Source: a virus
Taxonomy: Duplodnaviria > Caudoviricetes
DNA length: 37,767 bases
Reading direction: 5' to 3' (one strand)
IMG/VR virus record: IMGVR_UViG_3300048896_000180
Coordinates: 1 to 37,767 of that record
Part shown: positions 25,595 to 34,175 of the stretch, piece by piece
Position numbering within the stretch: position 1 is the first letter of the stretch
Layout of the letters: every line of letters begins with the position of its first letter
Translations under genes and position numbers: made by a program
The notes under the pieces: generated by a model
What the model was told of the DNA's origin: nothing
Databases searched by the model: none
What the model saw: only the letters and a program-made list of their open reading frames with translations

Positions 25595-26354
25595 GGTGTG
25601 TCCTGTAAAATTCTTTCTGCGGCTCGCGCATTACGCCCTGCACGATCCTGTGATCATTATAGACGGCCCGGTGAGCGTCCTGCAGGCCCGGGATCGCATC
25701 CCGCATCCGATGGATGTACGACGCGCAGTGCAAATGGTCATAGGTCTCATTCTCTTCGGCGGTGAAACAGTCCCCGCCAATAGCATTGTATAGCCCAGCA
25801 GCTGTGTCCTGGAAAGCTGGCGGCATGCCCGGCCCGCGCGGGATGTAGCACTGGCGGATGAGCTCCACCTGCGGCGTGAACGGAAAACCTGACGGATGCC
25901 AGCGCCGGACCCATTCGCGAATCATGGGGCGCACAAGCAGGGGATTGATGTAGAGCAGCGACGTATGCAACCGCTGCAGTGTGACCGTTCCCGTCCATGG
26001 TTCATGGAATACGAGCTCGCTCCTGCCCTTGAGGTAAGTCTCCTGGTTGACGAAACCCTCAACTGGGCCGTGAAAGACGACGTCAGGATCGCAGATCCAA
26101 AAAGGGCTGTCCTCGTAGCGCAGCAGCGTGCTGATCCACTCGTCGTGGGCAATCCGAGCCCGCAGGCTGAATTGAGCCCCGGCCTTCGCGCACTCAGCCT
26201 TGAGCGCGTCCTGCTCAGCAGGCATCACCCCGTTGCCGTCCACGTAGACAGGCAGCGTCGGGAATCCAATCCGCAATGTCCGAAAGACAAGCAGCATAGA
26301 ATCCATGTCCCCGCCCGGGAGGCGCGTGGCCAGAATGTGAACGTTAGTCGTCAT
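25584..26354 (-). CDS. Glycosyltransferase-like (GT-A, DxD) protein
   Basis: VYVDGNG, FWICDPDVVF (DxD) and late DTAA/HLH motifs; likely ATG 26354. Confidence 0.55.
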   Translation of the reverse strand: MTTNVHILATRLPGGDMDSMLLVFRTLRIGFPTLPVYVDGNGVMPAEQDALKAECAKAGAQFSLRARIAHDEWISTLLRYEDSPFWICDPDVVFHGPVEGFVNQETYLKGRSELVFHEPWTGTVTLQRLHTSLLYINPLLVRPMIREWVRRWHPSGFPFTPQVELIRQCYIPRGPGMPPAFQDTAAGLYNAIGGDCFTAEENETYDHLHCASYIHRMRDAIPGLQDAHRAVYNDHRIVQGVMREPQKEFYRTHHAT

Positions 26355-26544
26355 CGCCCCACTCAACGAATTCGTATTGCCCGGGCATCAGGACTTTACC
26401 CTGCAGGTAGAGGTCGCGCTGAATGCGGACACGCTTGATACGGTCAGTGCCAGCGACAAGGTCGAGGACGTTCGCAACGTAAAGCTTGTTCTGGTGTTCG
26501 ATCACGGCAATGCGGCCGATCTTGTTGGGCTTTTCTTCTGTCAT
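26344..26544 (-). CDS. Small hypothetical protein
   Basis: ATG 26544 in ATGA overlap. Confidence 0.55.
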   Translation of the reverse strand: MTEEKPNKIGRIAVIEHQNKLYVANVLDLVAGTDRIKRVRIQRDLYLQGKVLMPGQYEFVEWGDDD

Positions 26545-26987
26545 ACAACCTTGCCCTCCGCATCGTGATGTTCCTTCCAGCAAATCTCCCTCAGGACTTT
26601 GCTGACTTCTCTCATGTGCGAATACCCGCCGCAGATTGACGCGACGGCTAGGACCATCTCCGCGCCAAAGTGCCGGTAGTGATCACTGAAATTCACCTGC
26701 CAGGCTACAGGACTCTGCTCCCAGCGCACCGAATCGGCATAAGCGTTGGTGCAGTTCACAACGAGCTGCCGCAGGGCCGCGACGTGCTCTTGGAAGAACG
26801 GCAGCGTGTAGAGGAAAGCCGCCATCATGAAAACCTCGATGATCGCCTCTGGGGTCTTCCGGTCACCGTCGACAATGTCGTCAATCCCGTGCACGTAGGC
26901 GCGCCAGGCGAACAGGAACTCAAGCGCCTCAGGGTTGCCCTTGGTGATCCAGTTTGCCTCCTCCAGCTCGATGTCCTTTGCCGTCAT
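26541..26987 (-). CDS. Isoprenoid-synthase-like (DDxxD) helical protein
   Basis: VHGIDDIVDGD motif in an all-helical 148-aa protein. Confidence 0.6.
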   Translation of the reverse strand: MTAKDIELEEANWITKGNPEALEFLFAWRAYVHGIDDIVDGDRKTPEAIIEVFMMAAFLYTLPFFQEHVAALRQLVVNCTNAYADSVRWEQSPVAWQVNFSDHYRHFGAEMVLAVASICGGYSHMREVSKVLREICWKEHHDAEGKVV

Positions 26988-27650
26988 TTAGTAGCTCTTG
27001 ATCGGTCCAGTAGCCGTATCCATCGACATATTCGTCAGCGAATCGCCAAACCCAGCCAGTGCTTTCATCCACGGCTCAGGCTGGGCCTTCATCTGATTTT
27101 TGAGGTTCTGGACGTTCCACATATTCTCCTGGTTCTTCCACGTCGACGCGATGCGGTCACTGGCGCTCATGAACGTCCCGCCGAAGTCGAACAGCGGCGC
27201 TTTCTTAATCCCGGCGATCGCTGTCATGTAGCCGGGCAGGTTCTGCTGGGCATTGGTTTGCACCGCATACCTCTCCAGGCCCAGGTCGCGCAAGGTGGTA
27301 GCGACCCCAGCGGGCGAGCCAGCTGTCCCTCTGCCAAGGTTCCCGGCCGCGCTGGAGCGCAGGCGTGAGGATTCATCGCTGAGCGAAAGCTCGCCCCGCA
27401 GCTGCTTGGCGTAATTGCTATTGGCCTGCGCTTCCAGCCCGGCAAATGCGGGATTCGACTGGTTGAGCTGGTTGAGCACCTGCTGCTGCTGAAAGGTGTT
27501 GTACTGCGCGGCCAGCCCTTGCACCGCCTGAAAGGCCGAAGTGTTGGACTGGGCGTTAGCCACCTGCTCAGCGTTGACGTCTACCGTCGCCGCTGTAGGG
27601 ACCTTGTACTTGGTGGGTGTGATGAAATCGGTGAAGCCTGTAAAAGACAT
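26988..27650 (-). CDS. Probable internal virion protein
   Basis: Gln/Asn/Ala-rich 220-aa protein in the ejection-protein position. Confidence 0.6.
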   Translation of the reverse strand: MSFTGFTDFITPTKYKVPTAATVDVNAEQVANAQSNTSAFQAVQGLAAQYNTFQQQQVLNQLNQSNPAFAGLEAQANSNYAKQLRGELSLSDESSRLRSSAAGNLGRGTAGSPAGVATTLRDLGLERYAVQTNAQQNLPGYMTAIAGIKKAPLFDFGGTFMSASDRIASTWKNQENMWNVQNLKNQMKAQPEPWMKALAGFGDSLTNMSMDTATGPIKSY

Positions 27651-27653
27651 AGG

Positions 27654-28733
27654 TCAGATCATGTTGTCAACGTAAGCGCCATCCGTCGCCCCGCTCTCCC
27701 GCCGGATCACCATTACAGCCCCAGGGCCCTGATAGGAATCGAGCTCATCCTCCAGGATCGGCACTGCGCCGCCGACGTAACGCCGCCGCAGCGGGTCAAG
27801 AGATCCATACATCGCCACTCGCGCGCCCTCAGCATCCCCGCGCTCCTCGCGCATAATCGAGAGCATTGCCAGCTTGAGCGCCGAGGGATTGGAGATCGGC
27901 AGGAAGTCGGTATCAGCGACGATCGGGATAAACTTGGTCTTGGCGATCACCGTCACGAGCTTGCGATTGGCGCAGGCCTCAGTGTTGGTGGTCGAGCACC
28001 CGCACCCGCTGCCAGCCATGCTCGGAATATAGGAGCGCCGGTAGTCGGGCAGCGTCTCGGTTGGTTCCCAGATGGCCAAGGCCTTGAGCGGGGTATCCAG
28101 CGGGCCAGGGTTCTGCGGAGGCACAGGGAGCAGCGCGTCGTAGCTGAATGCCCTGACGTGGCCCTTGGTCACGCCCTTGATCACCTCATTGAACACCTGC
28201 GGTGCCCAGGTCGTGACTGAGTCCACAAACGGAGAGGCCAGGGTGAGCACCTCGCCGAGCGTGTCGCCGCTGGCGGTGAGGACTGTCTGCATGTCAGAGT
28301 CCAATCCCCTGATCGTGACCGTCTTGCCAACGTCGGCTGGGAATTGAGGATAGAGCCGGATCTTGGAAGCGACTGTGATGTCATCGAACATGGCAAAGCC
28401 GCTGCCCCGATCAAAGGCGTTGAAGACCCCACAAGCCCCTAGCCCGCCCAGGCCAGGGCCGTTCTCGAGGAATTCATGCCATGGGGAGCGGAGCGGGACG
28501 GTGCGCCCGCAGATGTCCATGGCGTAGATAGCCTCGAATTGCCGGGCCCAAGTCAGGCAGCCGTCGATCACGCAAATCGCGTAGCGCTGGGTTGTCCCCA
28601 TCCACATGGCCATGCTGAGCAGCCGGTGCGTCGCTTGGTTGAGCAGCTGCAGCCAGCGAGGGTCAGACGCCTCCATGTTGAGCACCTGGGGCCAATTGGA
28701 CGTCCCTTTGAATTCGATAAGGTTTTGCCGCAT
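27654..28733 (-). CDS. Probable tail adaptor / tubular protein A-like virion protein
   Basis: Likely ATG 28733; LLNQATHRL and ALKLAMLSI helices flank a beta insert; operon position. Confidence 0.55.
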   Translation of the reverse strand: MRQNLIEFKGTSNWPQVLNMEASDPRWLQLLNQATHRLLSMAMWMGTTQRYAICVIDGCLTWARQFEAIYAMDICGRTVPLRSPWHEFLENGPGLGGLGACGVFNAFDRGSGFAMFDDITVASKIRLYPQFPADVGKTVTIRGLDSDMQTVLTASGDTLGEVLTLASPFVDSVTTWAPQVFNEVIKGVTKGHVRAFSYDALLPVPPQNPGPLDTPLKALAIWEPTETLPDYRRSYIPSMAGSGCGCSTTNTEACANRKLVTVIAKTKFIPIVADTDFLPISNPSALKLAMLSIMREERGDAEGARVAMYGSLDPLRRRYVGGAVPILEDELDSYQGPGAVMVIRRESGATDGAYVDNMI

Positions 28734-28734
28734 A

Positions 28735-29523
28735 TCAATTGGGAGGAAAAACGTGAGTGCGAATGGTGCGCCGAAGCAGGAAGCGGCCGATGAAAGGCGG
28801 CATGTTGCTGTGGGCAACAGTCGTTGTGCCGGTCCCGCCTGAGCCGGAAGGCAGTGTGAACAGGTCAGCCGTCGTCTCTGGCAGCTCGAGGGGATCATCC
28901 CCGGCGACGAAGTAACCGTGATAGCTGGGCACAGTGACCGGCGTGGCAATCTTACTCAGGAAGACAGAGTCGCCGCCGAGCTCGGAGATGCCGAAAGCGT
29001 GCGTGTGCGTTCCAGACGCGCCCTGCGCTTCGGTCAGCGTGATGCTGTACGCGCCAGACATTCCGTTGGAATCGATGCTGGCCCCTACGTCAACCGTCGC
29101 CGCCGGGCTGCTCGTGGGAATGCTGCCAGGTCCGATGAGGAACTTGCCGTCAATGTCGTGGTCAACCTCCCAAATCGGCCCGCTCAGCGCGCCGAGCGCC
29201 CCAGGCGTGCCGCCGTCCAGAGTTTCAACCTCGCTCTCAAGCCCGTAGTAGACCCATTCCCGCTTGGTGCCCGGGACGATCTCGTGCGCGCGCGACCAGT
29301 AGCCGTCCTGGTAGAGGTAGATCTTGTTTGAGATTGAGTGCAGCCAGGCATAGCCGCGCTGATCGGCGGTCGGTTCGTCCGGCCGGATGATCAGCCCGGT
29401 GAAGCCAACCTCTAGCGTCCCAGAGGCGCGCGTGAACAGGTCGACATTGTACTCCTGCGGGTTCTCAGGGTAGCAGTAATTCGACGGCAGTGTTCCGGGG
29501 AGTAGGACAATGGGGATGGGCAT
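28735..29523 (-). CDS. Tail fibre/collar-associated structural protein
   Basis: GKFLIGPG...ITLTEAQ...HTH...HSNMPPF, characteristic of tail-collar/fibre tip proteins. Confidence 0.65.
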   Translation of the reverse strand: MPIPIVLLPGTLPSNYCYPENPQEYNVDLFTRASGTLEVGFTGLIIRPDEPTADQRGYAWLHSISNKIYLYQDGYWSRAHEIVPGTKREWVYYGLESEVETLDGGTPGALGALSGPIWEVDHDIDGKFLIGPGSIPTSSPAATVDVGASIDSNGMSGAYSITLTEAQGASGTHTHAFGISELGGDSVFLSKIATPVTVPSYHGYFVAGDDPLELPETTADLFTLPSGSGGTGTTTVAHSNMPPFIGRFLLRRTIRTHVFPPN

Positions 29524-29524
29524 A

Positions 29525-30544
29525 TTACCAAGGCAACAGGGCGGCGCGTTTGTTCACGGTGGAGGAAGTCCAGACGTAGATGTAATCAGCGTCCCAAGTG
29601 ACCGCCCCGGCGTAGTTCGTCTCTGCGCTGCTCGCTGGGGTGTGCAGTGGGATGACCGGCGTCGGAAGGAAAATCAGCGTGTTGGTCGCATTGCCGATAA
29701 CAATCTCGTTGGAGTTTGTCACGACTGCGTAAGCCCCGAGGGCCATTCCATTCGTGATGTTGCGGGCGCTGGTTGCGCTGTAACCCAAAAAGGTATTGCC
29801 GATTCCGTTTGTGATTCCGCCGTTTGCTGTTGGCAGGACGGCGTTGCCTGTATTGCCGCCAATGCCAGTGTTGTAGTTGCCAAGGACGTGCGAGAACGTG
29901 CCAATGCCAATGGCAGTGTTGTTGACGCCAGTTTGCAGGGCGAATAGAGTCGACGTCCCAATGCCAGTGTTGCCGTCACCATTAGAGAGAACTGGGGCCG
30001 CACCCGAGCCGATGAGGACGTTTTGATTCCCGCCAGTGATATTCCACCCTGCCCGCTGCCCCAGGACTGAATTGTTACTGCCGCTGGTTATGCGCTCCCC
30101 AGCCTCAGCGCCTATTGTGGTATTGCCTGATGCGAATAGGCTCAGGTCAATTTGATGCAACGCGCCAAAGCCAATGCCGAGGTTGCCGTCGTCGATGTTG
30201 TCGGCGTAGAAAAACAGGTTGGTGTCGGTCCCAAACCCGAGATGGTTCGTTGAGACAAAGCGCCAAGGGGACGTTAGAAAGTCCTCTCCGTCCCAATATG
30301 GAACATAGCCAGCATCAGTGCTGACTGTCGGGCCCATCCGGCCCCTGAACAGATTCGTCACCGAGATGCGAAAGGTGTCGTTGGTTGTGCGCCCTGGGTA
30401 AGGCTGGACGATTGGGATATAGCCGGTGTTGTTTGCGTTGGTCGTCAGTGGCAAGACGCCGATCTTAATGCCGTTATCCGCAGCCAGCATTGGCGCGGCG
30501 CGGAGCACAATCTTGAGAACTAACAGGAAAAGAATCTTCTTCAT
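29525..30544 (-). CDS. Adhesin/tail-spike-like protein with YadA-head-like N-x-x-(I/L)G repeats
   Basis: Likely ATG 30544; ~14-residue repeats (NTTIGAEAG, NSVLGQRAG, NTGIGTSTL, NTAIGIGTF). Confidence 0.7.
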   Translation of the reverse strand: MKKILFLLVLKIVLRAAPMLAADNGIKIGVLPLTTNANNTGYIPIVQPYPGRTTNDTFRISVTNLFRGRMGPTVSTDAGYVPYWDGEDFLTSPWRFVSTNHLGFGTDTNLFFYADNIDDGNLGIGFGALHQIDLSLFASGNTTIGAEAGERITSGSNNSVLGQRAGWNITGGNQNVLIGSGAAPVLSNGDGNTGIGTSTLFALQTGVNNTAIGIGTFSHVLGNYNTGIGGNTGNAVLPTANGGITNGIGNTFLGYSATSARNITNGMALGAYAVVTNSNEIVIGNATNTLIFLPTPVIPLHTPASSAETNYAGAVTWDADYIYVWTSSTVNKRAALLPW

Positions 30545-32499
30545 GGCTGGTTCTGAGCTTGGATTACCACTCCGCTCTCCGTTGTGATCCACGTTCCGCC
30601 CTCGGTGAGGAGTCCAGCGAGCGGCGGTTCTACTGGCGTTAGCGGGCTGCCCCCGCAACAGACGATCTCTTCACAGGTCGCTTCCCCGGGCAGGCCGGTC
30701 CCGAAGACAGATTCAGTGAGCCGGTTGCACAGCAGCCGGATTGCGGTCACGTCACAATCGCCAAGGATCTCGAGCCGGATCTGAAAGCCGCAGCCCAGGC
30801 GGGAAGGCTGGCCCATGATCACTGCATCAGGCGGGCGCTGGCCGCTTATCCGCACGCGATACTGAGGCTTGAGGTTCAACCCCGTCAGGCAGCCGTCAAT
30901 CGCATCAGTGGCGCAGCGCTCGATCTTCGCGCAGACTTGCCAGTGCTTCCACGGGAGAAAGCAGGGGTAATCATCCGGCCGGTAGAGCAGTGTAAAATCA
31001 ACCGTCCCGCGCACGTCGCTGCACCAGACCTCGCAGGCCTCCAGCAGCTTTTGCTCGAGCTTGTTGGAGAAGTCGAATCGGGGCGTTTCAATGGCGCGCG
31101 CGATCCGGCGGGACGCATTGTTCTCGTCCACATCCTTGCCCAGAGTCTGCGTCAGCTCCCAGAGCTGGATCTTGCGCATCCCGTTCTCGTCCTCAGGTGC
31201 CAGGACCGCCGCATAGGTGTGCGAGATGCCCTGGCTTGGGACGTTGAACACCTTGAGGATGTCAAAACCAATCCAGAGCCCCTCCCAGCTTGGCGATTCC
31301 GCAGACTGCAGCGATGAAAGCGGCAGGAAGTCCAGGACCACAAGGCCACGATGAAGAATGCCATGCTCTTGATTCCGCTCCGGGGAGCAAGTCACCAGCA
31401 GCCGGTTGTCACAGAGCGCCGAGCTGCAATGACTCAGCAGCGCCTGGTCGTCATCCTTCAAGTGCCTGGTCACCTCGCTGGACATGGGCTTGTTCCCCCA
31501 GGTCCCGAAGTCGCGCCGGGCAATCATGAACGAGCGAACGCCGTCCAGAGCCCTGTACCACGCGTCCCCGTTGACGAGCGTGACCCCATTGTCGGAGAGC
31601 GCCCCATTGTCCAGGAGCGAGACGGTCTTGATCGGGTCAGTCATAACCGCCCAGAGCGCGCGGTCGAATGGGGCTTGAACCGAAAAGCTCCCGCTGTGCG
31701 TAAAGATTTGCAGGGGACCCTGGCCGAGGCTGGTGTCCAGGTTGGCCAGCGGGACCATGGCGGTGATCGGGCCCATGTTCGACGGGACCGCAAACGGAAA
31801 CCCGCCGGATAAATAGTTGTTCTCCGTCGTCCGCAGGATCGCGTCACGCTGTTGGAAGGCTGCGGTGCCTGTGGGTCCGTAAACACCATCGCCAGCAATG
31901 AACGAGCGCCCGTCAGGCAAAGTGACCCAGAGCCGCCCCCCGCTGTAAGCCATGCACGTCCCAACTGGGATCTCGGTCATGGGTTTTCCGTCAGGGTCAG
32001 TGCCGCCGGTGCCAGCAACGTCAGACTGCCGGATGCCACCACCCCAATAGAACAGCGGCCTGCTCTGCCCGTCCTGGATCACCAGGAAGATCTCGCCCTG
32101 GCAGAACCAGACTCGAGGCCGGTTGGTCGGGCCAGTGATGCCCGGCGGGAGCACGATCTTTTGCGTATTGCCCGCCAGCTGAGTACGGAAGAGCTGCCCG
32201 CTGATCGACCAGACCATGTGTGAAGGCCCACTGTCTGGGATGTAGCCCGTGACGCCCTGGTAGTAGCCGTCTTCAAATGCGGCTTGGATCTGCTCAGCCG
32301 TTTCGTCTGCGGTGTCCGCAAAGGTGAGTGGGATCTGCCGCCAGCCTGGGCGCGGGCCAACGAAGTCGCTGCGGGTTGTGTTGTTGACCAGGAGGCATGA
32401 CTGGTTGCGGGGCACTCGAGCTGGCGAGGGGTAAGTGTCGACCCCCTTCTCAAAGCTGAGCTGGCCGTCGATCAGAGCATTTTTGATCGCGATAGCCAT
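30541..32499 (-). CDS. Tail tubular protein B / nozzle-like beta-propeller protein
   Basis: 652 aa, beta-rich; N-terminal GVD...NN...GPRPG pattern like podovirus nozzle/stabilisation proteins. Confidence 0.65.
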   Translation of the reverse strand: MAIAIKNALIDGQLSFEKGVDTYPSPARVPRNQSCLLVNNTTRSDFVGPRPGWRQIPLTFADTADETAEQIQAAFEDGYYQGVTGYIPDSGPSHMVWSISGQLFRTQLAGNTQKIVLPPGITGPTNRPRVWFCQGEIFLVIQDGQSRPLFYWGGGIRQSDVAGTGGTDPDGKPMTEIPVGTCMAYSGGRLWVTLPDGRSFIAGDGVYGPTGTAAFQQRDAILRTTENNYLSGGFPFAVPSNMGPITAMVPLANLDTSLGQGPLQIFTHSGSFSVQAPFDRALWAVMTDPIKTVSLLDNGALSDNGVTLVNGDAWYRALDGVRSFMIARRDFGTWGNKPMSSEVTRHLKDDDQALLSHCSSALCDNRLLVTCSPERNQEHGILHRGLVVLDFLPLSSLQSAESPSWEGLWIGFDILKVFNVPSQGISHTYAAVLAPEDENGMRKIQLWELTQTLGKDVDENNASRRIARAIETPRFDFSNKLEQKLLEACEVWCSDVRGTVDFTLLYRPDDYPCFLPWKHWQVCAKIERCATDAIDGCLTGLNLKPQYRVRISGQRPPDAVIMGQPSRLGCGFQIRLEILGDCDVTAIRLLCNRLTESVFGTGLPGEATCEEIVCCGGSPLTPVEPPLAGLLTEGGTWITTESGVVIQAQNQP

Positions 32500-33560
32500 T
32501 AGATGATGAACCAGCTTGTCCCATTACAGACCATGGAGAGGGAGGCCCACTGCGCACTGATTACTTGAGTATTCGCCCCGTCGATCAGCTCGCCGGTGTT
32601 GCCCTGGACGGTCACTGTGTTGACGGTGACGTCGAGCTTCTTGACGGTGATCACGAGTCCGGTAGAGGAGGCAGCCAGCGGCAGCACTACGGTGATCGCC
32701 AGGGCCGTTGCGTCGACAAGGATCACGCTGTCAGTGATTAGAGCTGCGTAGTTCGCGATCTTCGTCGCGATCGCCAGGAGGCCGACGCCGAGATTCACGC
32801 GCGCCGCAGCGGCTGAGCTCGCCCCGGTCCCGCCGTCTGCAACCGCAAGGTCGGTAATGCCGGTAATGGTCACGCCGCTGATCGCCCCGGCAGTGATAAC
32901 CACCGCATTCGAGGCCTGGGTCGACATGGACCCAAGTCCGAGCGCGGCCTGGGCGAGGACGGCCGACTTGGACTCGATGCCCGCCGCAGCTGCAAAGACT
33001 GCCTGCCCAGCTGTCAGCCCGGGCGCAACTACGAGCGGGAGCTTCCCGGTTGTGATTCCTGTGTCGATCAGCGCCGCTGACTTGAGGCCAAGGTTGGCGC
33101 GAGACGCTACAGCGTCGGCAACATCATTCAGGTTGTTCGCCTTTAGGAGCGCATCGGCAGGACTAGCCCCGGGCGCACCCTGCAACCCGCCTGGCTGGAT
33201 ATGCAGCCCGGCAGTGAACGCTCCCCCGCCTGCGTTGTTCCCGGCGTAGCCGAGGTTGAGCAGCTCCACCGAAGTATCAGACGGTGTGCTGACAACCTGG
33301 AAGTAGCCAAGGGCTTGGATGTAAACGACCTGGGTCGCCGCCATCCAAAGCGAGCCCGGCGGGGCCGTCAGCTCGATCGTCTCTGAATTCCCGAAAGTGG
33401 GAATGGTCTCCCCGCCCACAAGTGTAGTGAAGCAGTTCAGGCCGTTCGTCCCATCCGCCCCAGGAGCGCCATCATTGCCCGCCACACCTGGCACGTTGAC
33501 CTCTTGCGGATCGCTGCAGGTCTGGCAGCACTCGAGTGGGGTTGGAAGAGTTGACGCCAT
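32499..33560 (-). CDS. Tail fibre-like protein with short collagen-like segment
   Basis: GVAGNDGAPGADG, NNLNDVAD..ASRANLGL, DGGTGASSAAAARVNLG and C-terminal VILVDAT...IDG fibre motifs. Confidence 0.75.
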   Translation of the reverse strand: MASTLPTPLECCQTCSDPQEVNVPGVAGNDGAPGADGTNGLNCFTTLVGGETIPTFGNSETIELTAPPGSLWMAATQVVYIQALGYFQVVSTPSDTSVELLNLGYAGNNAGGGAFTAGLHIQPGGLQGAPGASPADALLKANNLNDVADAVASRANLGLKSAALIDTGITTGKLPLVVAPGLTAGQAVFAAAAGIESKSAVLAQAALGLGSMSTQASNAVVITAGAISGVTITGITDLAVADGGTGASSAAAARVNLGVGLLAIATKIANYAALITDSVILVDATALAITVVLPLAASSTGLVITVKKLDVTVNTVTVQGNTGELIDGANTQVISAQWASLSMVCNGTSWFII

Positions 33561-33669
33561 AGAATCAGGTTAACGTTAACGGAGAGTCGGTCCAACGGCT
33601 GTTTAAGTCAACATTGGGTCTTGACACAACGCGTTGACCAGCAATGCCGTTAGCGTTAACGTGCAGCCA
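33561..33669. promoter_or_regulatory. Divergent promoter pair for the tail and portal operons
   Basis: Plus: TTGACC(33634)-N17-TAACGT(33657), then ATG 33670. Minus: TTGGAC(33595)-N17-TAACCT(33572), then ATG 33560. GTTA(A/G)CGTTAAC at 33569 and 33649. Confidence 0.6.
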
Positions 33670-34173
33670 ATGATGCGTCCCTATGGCCGAGGTGCTGTCC
33701 CCCCGGGAGGACTGTGCCGGTATATCGACGCTGATGCGGGGTTCACTATCTCCCATCCCTATTGGGTCTGGTGCAAGAACCTCGCGACACAGGAGCGAAT
33801 CAAGCGAGGGCTGCCGATTCCTTACGACTGGGACGCTGTCTTCGATCGCCAATTTTGCATCGCCACGCCAAGGGGATGCGTCGAGGTCCCGGATGAGCCG
33901 ATCGAGACCGCGCCCAACTGGCTGCAGGTCGCCGCGCAATTCGGTGCAGCGCTCGCCCGCTGGATACTTTCAGGCCTCCCGCTGGTCACTTGGGACCAGT
34001 TCAAGGCGCGACACCTTCAATGCACTGGCGACGACGTTTCGCCGAGATGCCCCCATTTCACGACGTTCAAGTCTATTGGCCTGACCAAATGCGGCAAGTG
34101 TGGCTGCTCAACGGTCAAGCTCTACCTCGCCACTGAGCGCTGCCCAATCGGGCGCTGGTCGGCGCTTCGTTAA
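33670..34173 (+). CDS. Cys-rich zinc-binding hypothetical protein
   Basis: C...CPHF...CGKCGC...K...CPIGRW at the C-terminus. Confidence 0.7.
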   Translation: MMRPYGRGAVPPGGLCRYIDADAGFTISHPYWVWCKNLATQERIKRGLPIPYDWDAVFDRQFCIATPRGCVEVPDEPIETAPNWLQVAAQFGAALARWILSGLPLVTWDQFKARHLQCTGDDVSPRCPHFTTFKSIGLTKCGKCGCSTVKLYLATERCPIGRWSALR

Positions 34174-34175
34174 TC

